Positions 45,275 through 59,183 of a DNA stretch of 64,000 nucleotides are shown piece after piece (position 1 is the stretch's first letter; the number at the start of each line of letters is the position of its first letter). Origin of the DNA: Diplonema japonicum (Eukaryota; Protista; Euglenozoa: Diplonemea); contig OZ025676.1 of the NCBI GenBank assembly GCA_964019335.1, positions 434,001-498,000 of the forward strand, in the 5' to 3' direction. The position numbers and the translations under genes were made by a program. Under the pieces are notes generated by a model, which saw only the letters and a program-made list of their open reading frames with translations, did no database searches and was not told the DNA's origin.

Positions 45275-46128
45275 CGGAGGGCAGTCCGCCACCTCAGAAA
45301 AAAAAAGAGAGAAAAAAGAAAAAAAAAAGTTTTTTTTTACAAAGTTTTTTTTTAACCATTTTGTTTTTCTTCCAAAGAGTTTTTTTTTTTTTTTCTTCTT
45401 CTTCTTCCTCCTCATCTTTCTTTTTTTCCCCTTTTTCGGTGTGAAAATACGGAAAATAGCCATCCCTTTGGAGGATTTTGTTTTTGTTTTCTTCTTCTTT
45501 TTCTGTTTACAGATCTTTTTTTACTGCGTTGTACACAGCAGTTGGGGAGGCTGCGTGAAGAGGGCCCCTGTCAGTGCTTTTGGTCTTAGCCCTGAGTGAC
45601 ATAAAAAAAAAAGAAAGAAAAAAGAAAAACATACCAAAACCTAAACGCGACGCAGCAAAGCAGCACCACAATGAGCGCTATAACATAAGAAGGCATCACT
45701 ATATCTCTACTCTTTTCTCTGTTCATCCCTCTGAACATACGGTGTCGAACGTCCTTGTGTAGTTTTTGTTGCTTTCCCCTCTATTTTTTTTTTTTATTTG
45801 TCTACACACCTCATCGACCACTGGGTTACGGATGTAAGGGGACATTTTTTTAAAAATTTTTTTTCTCCCCTGTTCTCCTGTGGATGGTAGGTGCGAGAAC
45901 AAAAAAAAAAAAAAAAAAAAACTATTCTGTTAACTGAATCGTACAAAACTTCCTATAGGCGTTCTTGCAACGACCACCACAGCCATCGCAGGATGAGCAT
46001 ACTGCAGGGACTTCCACTCATCCGTTGCCCGGTGGGTACCACGAGGAGGTCAGCAACAATTCTATACTTTTGGCCACGTAGGGCCTGTTACATTTAGTAA
46101 AGTCCCACCAAAAAAAAAAAAAAAAACT

Positions 46129-46590
46129 TTAGTTGTACAGTGGTTTCATCCCCAGTTTTTTCCGCAGCTCGTTTGACTCCTCTACCGTCATTGTTATCTC
46201 ACCCCCCGTTCCCCCCGTCTTCCTTCTCTGCTTCGGTCTCTCTGTTGTGGATTCTTTTTCTGCAGGTCCTGTTGCTCTTTGTTGTGCCAGCCTCTCTAGG
46301 GCTTTTTGCTCTCTTTCTTTCGTAGCAGGGGCTTGTTTTTCAGAAGTGGGGTGTTTCCGTTTGGCACCCGACGCCTTGACCTTCACCCATTTCCCGTTGG
46401 CGTCCCTCTCCATTTTCTTTTTCGGTGTTTCGTGTTGTTCAGCAATCCTCTCATCCCTTGAAACCACCTCCCGCGGGACAGCTTGTGCCGATTCATCAAA
46501 TTTACGGTGTTTCTCATAGTCTTTTTCTGTTTGCCCTGTCCGCTCTCTCTTAGGAACTTCAGGGTCATGCACAGGTACGAACCCCGACAT
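46129..46590 (-). CDS. Charged 153-aa protein with a C-terminal HIND (Hub1/UBL5-interaction) motif
   Basis: TMTVEESNELRKKLGMKPL matches the Snu66/SART1 HIND consensus (SIEETNxLRxxLGLKPL). Confidence 0.7.
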   Translation of the reverse strand: MSGFVPVHDPEVPKRERTGQTEKDYEKHRKFDESAQAVPREVVSRDERIAEQHETPKKKMERDANGKWVKVKASGAKRKHPTSEKQAPATKEREQKALERLAQQRATGPAEKESTTERPKQRRKTGGTGGEITMTVEESNELRKKLGMKPLYN

Positions 46591-46631
46591 CCCCCCCCCC
46601 CTTCCTTATTTTGTTTCAGGGAGCACACTCA

Positions 46632-46670
<39 letters not shown>

Positions 46671-46672
<2 letters not shown>

Positions 46673-47843
46673 ACTCCTGTCCTATGTACCGCTTCCCATA
46701 CGTGTACCCCTGGTAGGTCCCTGCTGTGGGGATCAAGTCCTCCTCGATGCGAATCAATTCGTTCAGCTTGGCTGTGTTCTCCCCTCTGCAAGGCGCACCG
46801 AGCTTCAGATACGCCGCTTCATAAACGAAGGCGAGGAGCGTCTCCTTCGCGTCCTCTGTAGAGTCGCCTACAATGCCGTACACACCACTGCCCTGCAACA
46901 ACTTGCTGAGCGACGTCAGCGTCGAGTCATGCGGCAAGGTGACAAGGGGCAAGGTGATGTACTGCGATGTCAAGGAACACGCTTTGCAAGTGGCGGACGC
47001 CACTGTGAGACTTTTCGGAAGGCCCCCCCACGGTGCTGTGGGGTCGTCTGTTATTGTAGCGAAGGGGTCCTGTATGAAGCCGATCTCGCTGTACTTCTCA
47101 ACCCAGCCTTTATAGATACCAAGCAACGTGGCGCTGCTGACGTAGCACCCTGGCAGAGACGGGCTTTTGTAGGTTAGATTGTACATTTTTTTCGAAGAGT
47201 CGTAGAAGTCCTCAGCCCCTGCATCGATGTAGACCTCTGCACGGTGCAGTGCGTTGAGATCGGAAAGCACTTCGTGTATTATTTCAAGAAATGTGTTAAG
47301 AGAGTTGCAGGGCGCGGCAATGCCGCCCACAGTAGAGGTGTCGGCTGCGTCCTTTCCAAACATCTTCCAGCAGACATCCTTGCACCTGTGGTAGACCTCA
47401 TGCACACAACGAATGCCTTCTGTTCCGGTTGCGGTGTGAGATGGAACAATGCAGATGCCCCGCCATGGCGTGAGGTTCTCTGTTGTGCACCCGCCAGAGA
47501 AGACAGTCACGATTGGGATGACGCCCTGACGGATCTTCCCGAGCTGCAGCTTGTTCCGTAGGTAGCTGAACTCAGAGACATTTTCATCCATGGCACCCAA
47601 TCGCATTGCAGCTACCGATGCCGCCAAGCAGCACCCCAGCCCTTCTACTTTCTCATCCAGACTTGTTGTGTTCTTCACATCCACACCTTGGACCACGCTG
47701 AACGTCTCTTCTCCCACATCCCCACCGCCCTCCTGCAGACACCTTGAGCTTTGTCGCTGCGTCCTCATTACTATTTCTTTCACGTTCCATTCGCCTTGCG
47801 CATTCACTCTCTCATAGACTCCCACCCCCAGCACAGGCTGCAT
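46671..47843 (-). CDS. Enolase-like protein (ENO4-like, probably inactive); 5' end uncertain
   Basis: C-terminal LKLGAPCRGENTAKLNELIRIEE enolase motif, plus IDAGAEDFY and FIQDPF; canonical GDDL and SHRSGE motifs are eroded. Confidence 0.75.
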
Positions 47844-48220
47844 GTGTGTAAATGCCTGCTTTGTATCATGTGGGGTAACGAAGTTCACAAAAAAAATTCG
47901 GGGGAAAGGCGTGAAAATAAAGGGGGGGGGGGGGGTAGACACAACAAGTACTACAAAAAGACGCTGGTTGCCCCGTCCAATCTTGACCCAAGGGCCGAGG
48001 GGGCGGGGGCTTTTAAAACAACTAGAAAAAAGTATGTGAGAGATATTGCATCACAAAAAAAGAAAGAAAAAAAGAATGTTTGAAGAAAGGGAAACTCTCT
48101 TATTTCTTTGGGCATCCGTGTTGCAAGGATGTGTTCGTAGAATGAGAGCGATTGGGGTAGAGAGAGTGGGATCATCACATCATTTTGTTTCACTTCTAAA
48201 AGAAGTGTTAAGAGGGGTGC

Positions 48221-49758
<1,538 letters not shown>

Positions 49759-49837
49759 TGTTTTTGTTTTAAGGTTTTTGGTTTTTGTTAAAAGAACTTT
49801 GGTGGTGGAACATTTGTATTTGTTGTGTGAAGCAGGT

Positions 49838-49869
<32 letters not shown>

Positions 49870-50032
49870 ATAAACAGTCGATGGATAGAACCACCCCAGC
49901 AGCAACATTGCATTTGTTTTCACTGGTAAACAAGAAAAAAAGAAGAAAGGAATCAGGAACACAAAACACATGAAAAGGGAAGAGAAAAACTCAGAAAGAG
50001 GAAGAAGAAGGGTGGGGGGAGGGAGTGCTTGC

Positions 50033-50461
50033 TTATTTCCCCTGGAGCTCGCCACGGATGCGCCTGGCGATGTTGAGGTCAAGGTGGTTGAGGGTCTGCT
50101 TCTTCCTGTGGATCTGCATCATGACAGCCGCCTGGAAGAGCCCGACCATGTAGCTCTCTGTTGCCTCCTGCACCGCCTCCAGAGCAGACGGCTTGAAGGA
50201 CAACCCCGTCTTGTAGTTGTTCATGGTCTCCCTCACCAGCCTCTGGAAGGGTGCCTTCTGCAGCAGAAGCTTCGAGGTCTTCTGCAGTTTGAAGATCTCA
50301 CGCAGGGCAACGGTTCCAGGCCTCCACCTCCTCTTCCCCTCGCTGCTCTCCTCCTTCTTGCTCTTCTTCGACTTCTTCTCCTTCTTCGTCTTCTTGCTCT
50401 TCTTCGTCACCTCTCCTGCGGGAGGCCTCCCACCAGTCGACTTCAGGGAAGAGCGCGGCAT
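50033..50461 (-). CDS. Divergent histone H3 variant
   Basis: Same protein as 2908-3336. Confidence 0.9.
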   Translation of the reverse strand: MPRSSLKSTGGRPPAGEVTKKSKKTKKEKKSKKSKKEESSEGKRRWRPGTVALREIFKLQKTSKLLLQKAPFQRLVRETMNNYKTGLSFKPSALEAVQEATESYMVGLFQAAVMMQIHRKKQTLNHLDLNIARRIRGELQGK

Positions 50462-50723
50462 TTTCTTTGGTTTTGTGTTTTGAAAAACTGTGAAATGTGA
50501 TTTGTATAAACTTATAAATATGAAAAAGAGAAAAGAAAGAGGGAAATCAAAATAAAAAATAAACGAGGGGGGGAGGGGTACGGTGCTCAGCGACACCACC
50601 TGCCGGGGGAGGGCAAGTGAAAGGGATGGAAAAAAAAACACTCACAACATCAACAACAACAAGAAGAAAAGAGATAGAAATACATCAAAAGGGGAGGAAC
50701 AAGGAGGAAGAATGGCAACGTTT

Positions 50724-51227
50724 CTATTTGCTGCTCTTCTTCTCCTTCTTGTCCTTCTTTTCCTTCTTGTCCTTTTTGGCCTTCTTGCTCGCCTTCTCGT
50801 CAGAGTCAACAGGCTCCTTCTTCTTCTTCATCACTGCGTTGTGGACGTGCTTCACCACACCGCCGCCCGCGATCGTGACCTGCGACAGGAGCTGGCTGAG
50901 GTCCTCGTCTTGCCTCACCGCGAGGCAGATGTGGCGGGGCTTGATTTTGTGCTGCACCTCATATTCCTCGTCGCCCTCCCTGCTCTTGCACATCTTCCAC
51001 GCGCTCTTCCCCGCCAGGGTCAGCAGCTCTGACGTGCAGTACTCCATCACCGCCGTCAGGAAGACAGCAGCAGGCGCGCTCACCCTCTTCGCGAAACGGC
51101 CCTTCTTCAGGCTGCTCCCCACCCTACCCACAGGGAAGGTCAGCCCAGACCTCTGCGACTTCGACACATTCTTCTGTCCCTTCTTCGCTCCCCTCTTCTT
51201 CGGGCTGGTCTTAGTCTGGGTAACCAT
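50724..51227 (-). CDS. Divergent histone H2A (167 aa) with L2 insertion and Lys-rich C-tail
   Basis: SKSQRSGLTFPVGRV, AAVFLTAVMEY, IKPRHICLAVRQDEDL and VTIAGGGV. Confidence 0.9.
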   Translation of the reverse strand: MVTQTKTSPKKRGAKKGQKNVSKSQRSGLTFPVGRVGSSLKKGRFAKRVSAPAAVFLTAVMEYCTSELLTLAGKSAWKMCKSREGDEEYEVQHKIKPRHICLAVRQDEDLSQLLSQVTIAGGGVVKHVHNAVMKKKKEPVDSDEKASKKAKKDKKEKKDKKEKKSSK

Positions 51228-51501
51228 TTTGTTGTTGTTGTTGTTGTTAGTGTGGTGGTTTAGGTTCACTGTGGTGTGGGGGGTTTTTTTTTTGCCTTCT
51301 TGTTCAAAAGAAATGCACAAACATAAAAAAGAAGAAAAAATAAATAGGAACAAAGAGGGAGAACAACAGTGGTTATCGCCACCACGCTTCTTCATCTTGA
51401 AGAAACGTTACAAAAGAAAAAAATACACAACAAAAAGAAAGAAGAAAGGGGGGGGGGGGGGGGGAGAAAGGAAGAAGAGACTGGGGAATACTCGGGCCTT
51501 A

Positions 51502-51939
51502 TCAGTTCTTCTTCTTGGACTTCTTCGGCTTGGTCACATCACCACCACCGAAGGTCCCGACAGCGCTGGCACCGGCAGCAAGGGCGTGGGTCGCGAGTTC
51601 CTTGGGAAGCTGCAGCTTCACCGCCGCCATGACAGCCTTGGAGCTCAAGGTCTTCACCTGTGCGTGTGTGGTGAGGCGCCCCGCCTCCCCAGCGAGCCTG
51701 TCGAACAGGTCCACCACGAAGGAGTTCACGATCGCCATCCCCTTCGCCGTGATCTGCACCTTGTTGCCCTTTTTGTCCTGCGTCCTCATCAGCCTGTGGA
51801 TGTACGTGTTGTAGCTCGCGTAGCTCGACTTCTTCCTCCTCTTCTCACCGTCATCCTCCTTCTTCACCTTCTTCACCTTCTCCTTCTTGTCCTTCTTCGA
51901 CTTTCCCCTCTTTGCAACGGGCGACGACTTGGGCGACAT
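51502..51939 (-). CDS. Divergent histone H2B (145 aa)
   Basis: SYNTYIHRLM, KGMAIVNSFVVDLFDRLAGEAGRL and AVKLQLPKELATHA. Confidence 0.9.
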   Translation of the reverse strand: MSPKSSPVAKRGKSKKDKKEKVKKVKKEDDGEKRRKKSSYASYNTYIHRLMRTQDKKGNKVQITAKGMAIVNSFVVDLFDRLAGEAGRLTTHAQVKTLSSKAVMAAVKLQLPKELATHALAAGASAVGTFGGGDVTKPKKSKKKN

Positions 51940-52325
51940 CTTGTCTTTTTGTGTTGTGGGTATTTTTTTTTTGCTAGCTGTTCGTGTGTTGTGTGTTCAG
52001 AGCAGTCGAAGCACGTGGGGGAGCAGCCTGGCACAATAACTAAGGTGTTATAAAAAGGAAAACGGGGGGCTGGGGGGCAAAGTAAAGACAGAAAATAAAA
52101 GGTGGGTTTAAAAAAAATTGGAAAACAGGTGTTAAAAATGGGGAAATATTTCAGAGACCAGACCTCACCCCTTTCCTGCAAAGCTCATGAGTCCACAAAG
52201 AGAGCTAGCCAGAGAAGACACAACAACAGGGAAGGGCAAAGGGAAGTCGGGATAAAGGTTAGAAGTGAAGTGTGGAATAAAAAAAAATTACCTCTCAACA
52301 CCTCCCAGGTGTTTTTTAACATTGT

Positions 52326-52910
<585 letters not shown>

Positions 52911-53078
52911 AATAAAACAGGCGATGTTTAAGGGCAAATCCCACTTGAGGACCACCTTTAGTTACTTAAAAAATGGACTACCGAAAGACATTGCTCGTTG
53001 TCTTTCTTTCTTCCTTTAAAAAGTTAGCAGCGAAAAGTTGTCAGTTGTGAATAATGCGGTGTTGATCTTTTGTGTTGC

Positions 53079-53174
53079 AGTATCAGGAGGGGAAAGGGGA
53101 AAAGGGGTAAACCCTTTCCTTCCTTTCATCCATTCAAATTGACGTGCAAATAAGAAGATACGTCATCATGATAG
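53079..53174 (-). ncRNA. Box C/D snoRNA guiding LSU A in CUGACGUGCAAAU (equivalent of yeast Am876)
   Basis: C box ATGATGA, guide ATTTGCACGTCA, D' TTGA, C' TGGATGA, internal hairpin and D CTGA; D'+5 is A. Confidence 0.75.
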
Positions 53175-53204
53175 GTTCAAAATGTGATTTGCCTGTTGGG
53201 ACGT

Positions 53205-53294
53205 TGTGATCAGAAGACCATCGTGAAGTATTACTGTTGTCCTAAGTCATGGTCGGTCAGAGTGAGCTGGATTAGTATTTCGTCATCACTTCCT
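53205..53294 (-). ncRNA. Box C/D snoRNA paralog with shifted D' guide (equivalents of yeast Am2946 and Cm2959)
   Basis: C box GTGATGA, D' and D both CTGA; plus strand reads TCAG-AGTGAGCTGG versus TCAG-AGAGCTGG in the other copies. Confidence 0.8.
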
Positions 53295-53669
53295 TCTTTT
53301 CACAGGAAAGAAAAGCAAAGCTCCCGAGGTAGGTTTCGGTTTCCAATCCAAACTAAGGAGAGTCAAAGAACAACGAATAAATTGTCAAGAACTAAGGAGT
53401 TAAAGGAACAAAAAAAAAAAAGTAAAAAGAAAAAGACTTTGGTGTGGAACCAGACCATCCCCTTGACCCTTTCCTGCAAAGCTCATGAGTCCACCAAGAG
53501 AGCTAGCCAGAGAAGACACAACAACAGGGAAGGGCAAAGGGAAGTCTGGAAAAGGTTAGAATGAGTGTCAAAGCTAAGGTTGGTTCTTGAACCAAGAAAG
53601 AAAAGGGGGGAGGGGAGAAAGAAAATAGAACCTCCTTCCAAGGTCCTAGGAATTGGATTGAATCTTTGC

Positions 53670-54626
<957 letters not shown>

Positions 54627-54787
54627 TTATTGGAATTAGGAACAACAAAAAAATGTCTTGGCGGAAGGTCCACCCCAACAAAGGCGGCAACCTGCCCCCA
54701 CCCACCCGAGGGAGGGAAAGGGCCGGGAGCACAACAACCTGTTTGTTGGTAAAGGGAGGGAAGGAAATAACTAAGGAAGAAAAAGAG

Positions 54788-54913
54788 TGTTATTGCAAAA
54801 AAGAGTAGAGACAGCTTGTCCGTTTACCCTTACTGTAGGTGTTTTAAGTCAACCGCAAACACCTACAGTAAGGGTAAGCGGACAAGCTGTCTCTACTCTT
54901 TTTTGCAATGACA
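54788..54913. repeat. Near-perfect 57-bp inverted repeat with a 12-nt loop
   Basis: Arms 54788-54844 and 54857-54913 with only two mismatches. Confidence 0.92.
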
Positions 54914-54993
54914 TTTTCATTCAGAGAAAACAAAAAATAATACGAAAAGGAAAAGGAGTTGAAAGACAAAAGAAGGAAGTTGGGAAGGAGTGC

Positions 54994-55422
54994 TTATTTC
55001 CCCTGGAGCTCGCCACGGATGCGCCTGGCGATGTTGAGGTCAAGGTGGTTGAGGGTCTGCTTCTTCCTGTGGATCTGCATCATGACAGCCGCCTGGAAGA
55101 GCCCGACCATGTAGCTCTCCGTCGCCTCCTGCACCGCCTCCAGAGCAGACGGCTTGAAGGACAACCCCGTCTTGTAGTTGTTCATGGTCTCCCTCACCAG
55201 CCTCTGGAAGGGTGCCTTCTGCAGCAGAAGCTTCGAGGTCTTCTGCAGTTTGAAGATCTCACGCAGGGCAACGGTTCCAGGCCTCCACCTCCTCTTCCCC
55301 TCGCTGCTCTCCTCCTTCTTGCTCTTCTTCGACTTCTTCTCCTTCTTCGTCTTCCTGCTCTTCTTCGTCACCTCTCCTGCGGGAGGCCTCCCACCAGTCG
55401 ACTTCAGGGAAGAGCGCGGCAT
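54994..55422 (-). CDS. Divergent histone H3 variant
   Basis: One K/R difference from 2908-3336. Confidence 0.9.
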   Translation of the reverse strand: MPRSSLKSTGGRPPAGEVTKKSRKTKKEKKSKKSKKEESSEGKRRWRPGTVALREIFKLQKTSKLLLQKAPFQRLVRETMNNYKTGLSFKPSALEAVQEATESYMVGLFQAAVMMQIHRKKQTLNHLDLNIARRIRGELQGK

Positions 55423-55530
55423 TTTCTTTTTTGTTTGGTTTAAAGGCTAGTGTGTGATTGATGCGAAGTATGAAGAGCAATAGAAGATTCACTGGAACAA
55501 GCTGGGTAGTTGGGTGCGCATGGAAATGCA

Positions 55531-56976
55531 TCACCAGTGATAGTAGCAGTTGTCTACAAGGTTCTCCTGGAATTTTCGTCTCTTGAAGACGTCAGTGTCG
55601 TGGAGGCGGTTGACGAGGTGCGTGTCAGAGGGCGAGAGTTTGGGGACGGTGCGTGGAGGGCGCGGTCTGTGGGTGGACTTAGGCGGCACGAGGTGATCAA
55701 GGAGATCGTGCACCTTGTAGGGCGACAGCTTTTTGCTTTCCTGCGGCGAGTTCCACTTCTGTGCCAGTGCCGTTGTCTTGAGAGCCTTCAGCTCCAGGTA
55801 TTGGTAAAACACCCTATCGATGTGCTCCCTCTCGTCTTCCTGTGTCATGGGTTCAGGCCTCTTCCCGTTGATCAACTTCAAATACTCCTCCTCAGTCCTG
55901 CTGGTTTTCCTTCGAGGTTCCTTGTTAAGCCGTGTCATCAAGTGGTGCAGGTCACCCTCGTCGATCTTCGCAGAGGGCAGTGCAGCGTCAGCTCTGTAAG
56001 TGCTGAACGTGCGTCCAGAAGGTCCTACCCCGATGGACCAGGTATTGGGCTTCACGGGTTTTGAGGGTTTCATTTTAAACCCATAATGTTGTATAGTACT
56101 GGGACGGCGTGAGGAGTTGCGTGACTTGTCGTTCGAGATGGAGTGCACGAAGATGGCTTCAGAGGTGCTGTAAAGAAAGACACCGAAAGGCCGTTTAATA
56201 AACGAGATAAAATGCCCGCAACGAGGAATGGCCAATACGGTGGGAAGCTGCAGCTGCCTCCAGGTAAGAGACACAAGGTGCAGGGTATATGCCGTTGGCA
56301 AGACAGTGTCGGAAGCACCCTTACCTCCCATGATGATCATGTGGGCACCGACTACATCACACGCATGCCATGCACGGGCTGGAGGCACATCACCACCACA
56401 GTATTGAACAAACCAGTGGGATTTCTGAAGGATGTGAACACTGTTGCTGGGGGTGCGGTCGCATATCCCACCGAACGTGACTAAAGATCCCTCAAAGACA
56501 ACGAGAGAAAACCCTTCACACGAAAGCCCTGCATACAAATTGTCATGATGCTCTGTGACTGCACCGTCGGTTGACACCGCTATGTGGAGCGCGCGACCCG
56601 GGCCATGGCAGATGACAATGTCTTTAGATACACATTGCAATTTGCAGTAAACACATACCAAGTCTATATTCAGGGTGATTTGCTCCCATTGTGCACCGTG
56701 CTGGCGGAGGGTTGTCCTGTGCAGTCCTGCTGACAACCCGTCCCCGCCTGCTATGTACATTGAGTCATCACATAGTTCGATAGAAAACCTGCGGCCAACC
56801 TTTGGGCCTTCCTCTGCGACCGTGGTCCATCCCTCTTTATCCGACCAGCAGTAGGCTGTTCCCATAAAGGAATCGTACAAGTAGACCTCACCAGAAGAAA
56901 CGTGTCTCACAGCTTGCCAGTAACCTTCCTGGCACCGCGGACCTCCTGCTATCCGGTCTTTCTTGACCTGTTTCAT
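55531..56976 (-). CDS. Kelch-repeat protein
   Basis: Kelch motifs MYIAGG, LVTFGG and PPARAWHACDVVGAHMIIMGG…W. Confidence 0.8.
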   Translation of the reverse strand: MKQVKKDRIAGGPRCQEGYWQAVRHVSSGEVYLYDSFMGTAYCWSDKEGWTTVAEEGPKVGRRFSIELCDDSMYIAGGDGLSAGLHRTTLRQHGAQWEQITLNIDLVCVYCKLQCVSKDIVICHGPGRALHIAVSTDGAVTEHHDNLYAGLSCEGFSLVVFEGSLVTFGGICDRTPSNSVHILQKSHWFVQYCGGDVPPARAWHACDVVGAHMIIMGGKGASDTVLPTAYTLHLVSLTWRQLQLPTVLAIPRCGHFISFIKRPFGVFLYSTSEAIFVHSISNDKSRNSSRRPSTIQHYGFKMKPSKPVKPNTWSIGVGPSGRTFSTYRADAALPSAKIDEGDLHHLMTRLNKEPRRKTSRTEEEYLKLINGKRPEPMTQEDEREHIDRVFYQYLELKALKTTALAQKWNSPQESKKLSPYKVHDLLDHLVPPKSTHRPRPPRTVPKLSPSDTHLVNRLHDTDVFKRRKFQENLVDNCYYHW

Positions 56977-57867
56977 TTTTGAACACCCCCTCCTTTTTTT
57001 TTTTTTTTCTGGAGAGTATTTTTTTTTTTTTTATTTGATCTGGGATGCAAAGAAAAGGAGCTGAGAACAGGAATGTACGAATAAGAGAAATTGTTTCTTT
57101 TTTTTTTTAATAAATATTTCCCCGTTCTTCTTTTTTTTGTTTTTGTTTTTTTTTTTTTTTTCTATTTCTCTTTTGTGTTGGAGAGAGGGGGAAAAGATTG
57201 GAAGAAAAAAGAAGAAGAAAAAGACCAATAGGAAGAAGGGGGGGGGGGGGGAAGAGAACCATTACTATCGGAACACGAACCAGAGGTAAAAAGAGAAAAA
57301 ATAAATTTCAACGGGAGAGTGGAAGGGGGGGGACGTAGGTCAGAAATAAGATGGCGAAGCAAGGAAAGAGAAAACGAAAGGGGGGAAAAGAGCCCTTGAA
57401 AAAAAAAAAGAGAAAAAAAAAAAACAACATTGCATTGCTTTTGTGTACTTTCTTTTCTTCTTCTTTGTTCAATAAAAGAACGGGGGAAATATATGTTTCA
57501 AATTTACTTCGTTTTGCAATGCAATACTATATTGAGGAACAAAAAAAAAAGGGCAAAAAAAAAAAATTGAAAGAAAACTAAAACAAAAATTTTTGGCTTT
57601 TTCATCACCCCCTATTCACGCTCATTTGCAATTCCTTTTCGAACTCATCCACTCCCCCCCAAAAGAAAAAGGAAATAAAAAAGAATGTGAACCCTGCCAA
57701 AATCATGAAACAGATTCTTCTTCACTTTCTTTTTTTCTTCTCCTTCGCTTTTTCTTTTTTTTTTTAGGGCACATTACATAGCAAGAAAGTGGCAGAATTA
57801 TTTCTACGCAAAGGATACTACAAAAAAAAAATCACTATGATAGGAAAAGTGGTTAGCAACGGCCCAC

Positions 57868-57908
<41 letters not shown>

Positions 57909-57958
57909 GATAAAAATTTCAACGGGGGGAGAAAAAAAAAAAATAAGGGGGTCCCTAC

Positions 57959-58997
57959 CTAAGACGACGGCACGGTCCCCTCCTCCCCTTCTGCAGCCTG
58001 GGGCTCAGATTTTTTTATTTGAAGGAGGGAAACTATGGTTGTTCGACATATAGGGCATTTGTTCGTGGCCTGACGAAGAGAATCAGCACAAGGAGAACAA
58101 AGACACATGTGCCGACACGGCATAATAGTGGTATCGCGCTCATCAGTCATACACACTACACAAGAGGAATCCTGTGTCGCTTCCTGGTAAGAGGAGGGCA
58201 GCTGCGCCGTAACTGCTTGCTCATTCTCAGGTGCTTCTTCCATCCCATAAATCTCTTCCAAGAGGAATAGTTCCTGCCCTACCCATAAGGTCTGTCTCGT
58301 CACCTCCAGCCCTGTTTCTTCCAATGCGCAGTACGTTAATTGAGCTGCTTCACCATCTTCCCCTTCATACCACAGTGCTATTACGATATGGTAGGTGCCT
58401 TTATCCTTCTCAAGTTCATCCAGTTCGAATTCTTGCTTGATCTCACCCCCCTCTCCAAATGGACATTCTACCACATCCTTCTTTGTCGCCATCTCCAGAA
58501 CACCGTCTTGAAGAACTTCATCACAGTTCATGTAAACCCTTGCCACCCCTTCTGAGAGGGCGTCAAGTTCAAAGCGAAGCGTTGTGCCTTCGAGCTGTAT
58601 TTTTTATTTTTTATTTTTTTTATTGCAAACCTTTATCGTTCGCTTTGCAATCGCTGCTTTATTCTTCACCGTTTTTGTAACCTGCACCTCAGGGGCTTGC
58701 ACCATCGGGGCTTGTTGCTGCTGAGGTGGGTGGTGGACATAATGCTGGTAACCTCCTGGTGCCTGCCTATGTTGATGATTGTGTTGCATTGCTATATGGG
58801 AACCAGGGTAGCGGGACTGTGCTATCTGTGGAAAGTGGTGGGGTGGTTCAAAGAAGCCCGCATACGTATTGCGCTCTTTGGTGCATCTGCTGTTGTTGCT
58901 GATGCCGTGCCTGAGCTGTGGCCATCCTCTCCCTCTCCCTCCTCTCCCTTTCCCTCTCTCGATTGTCCCTTCTACTCCGCGAGTTTGATGCACCCAT
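57959..58997 (-). CDS. MGRN1/LOG2-like RING E3 ubiquitin ligase, 3 exons
   Basis: MGASNSR start; introns 58826-58865 and 58595-58630; LLEEIYGM motif and RING CVVC…PCRHMCLCSPC…CPICR. Confidence 0.88.
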
Positions 58998-59183
58998 GGT
59001 TTTTTTTCTTTTTTTTCTTTTTTTTTTTTTTATAAAGTATAAATTTACAATTCCCTTCCCCCCTCCCTCCCTTACGCACCTGTTTTTTTTTCTTTTTTTT
59101 CTTTTTTTTAAAAAAAAAATATAAAACGGATTTAAAAAAAAAAAAAATGAGAGATGTTGCTTCTTTTTTTGCCTCAGGGTAAC

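Noticed and set aside
43800-45900. Poly-F/poly-K ORFs here and in other intergenic regions
   Set aside because: Translations of A/T homopolymer tracts.
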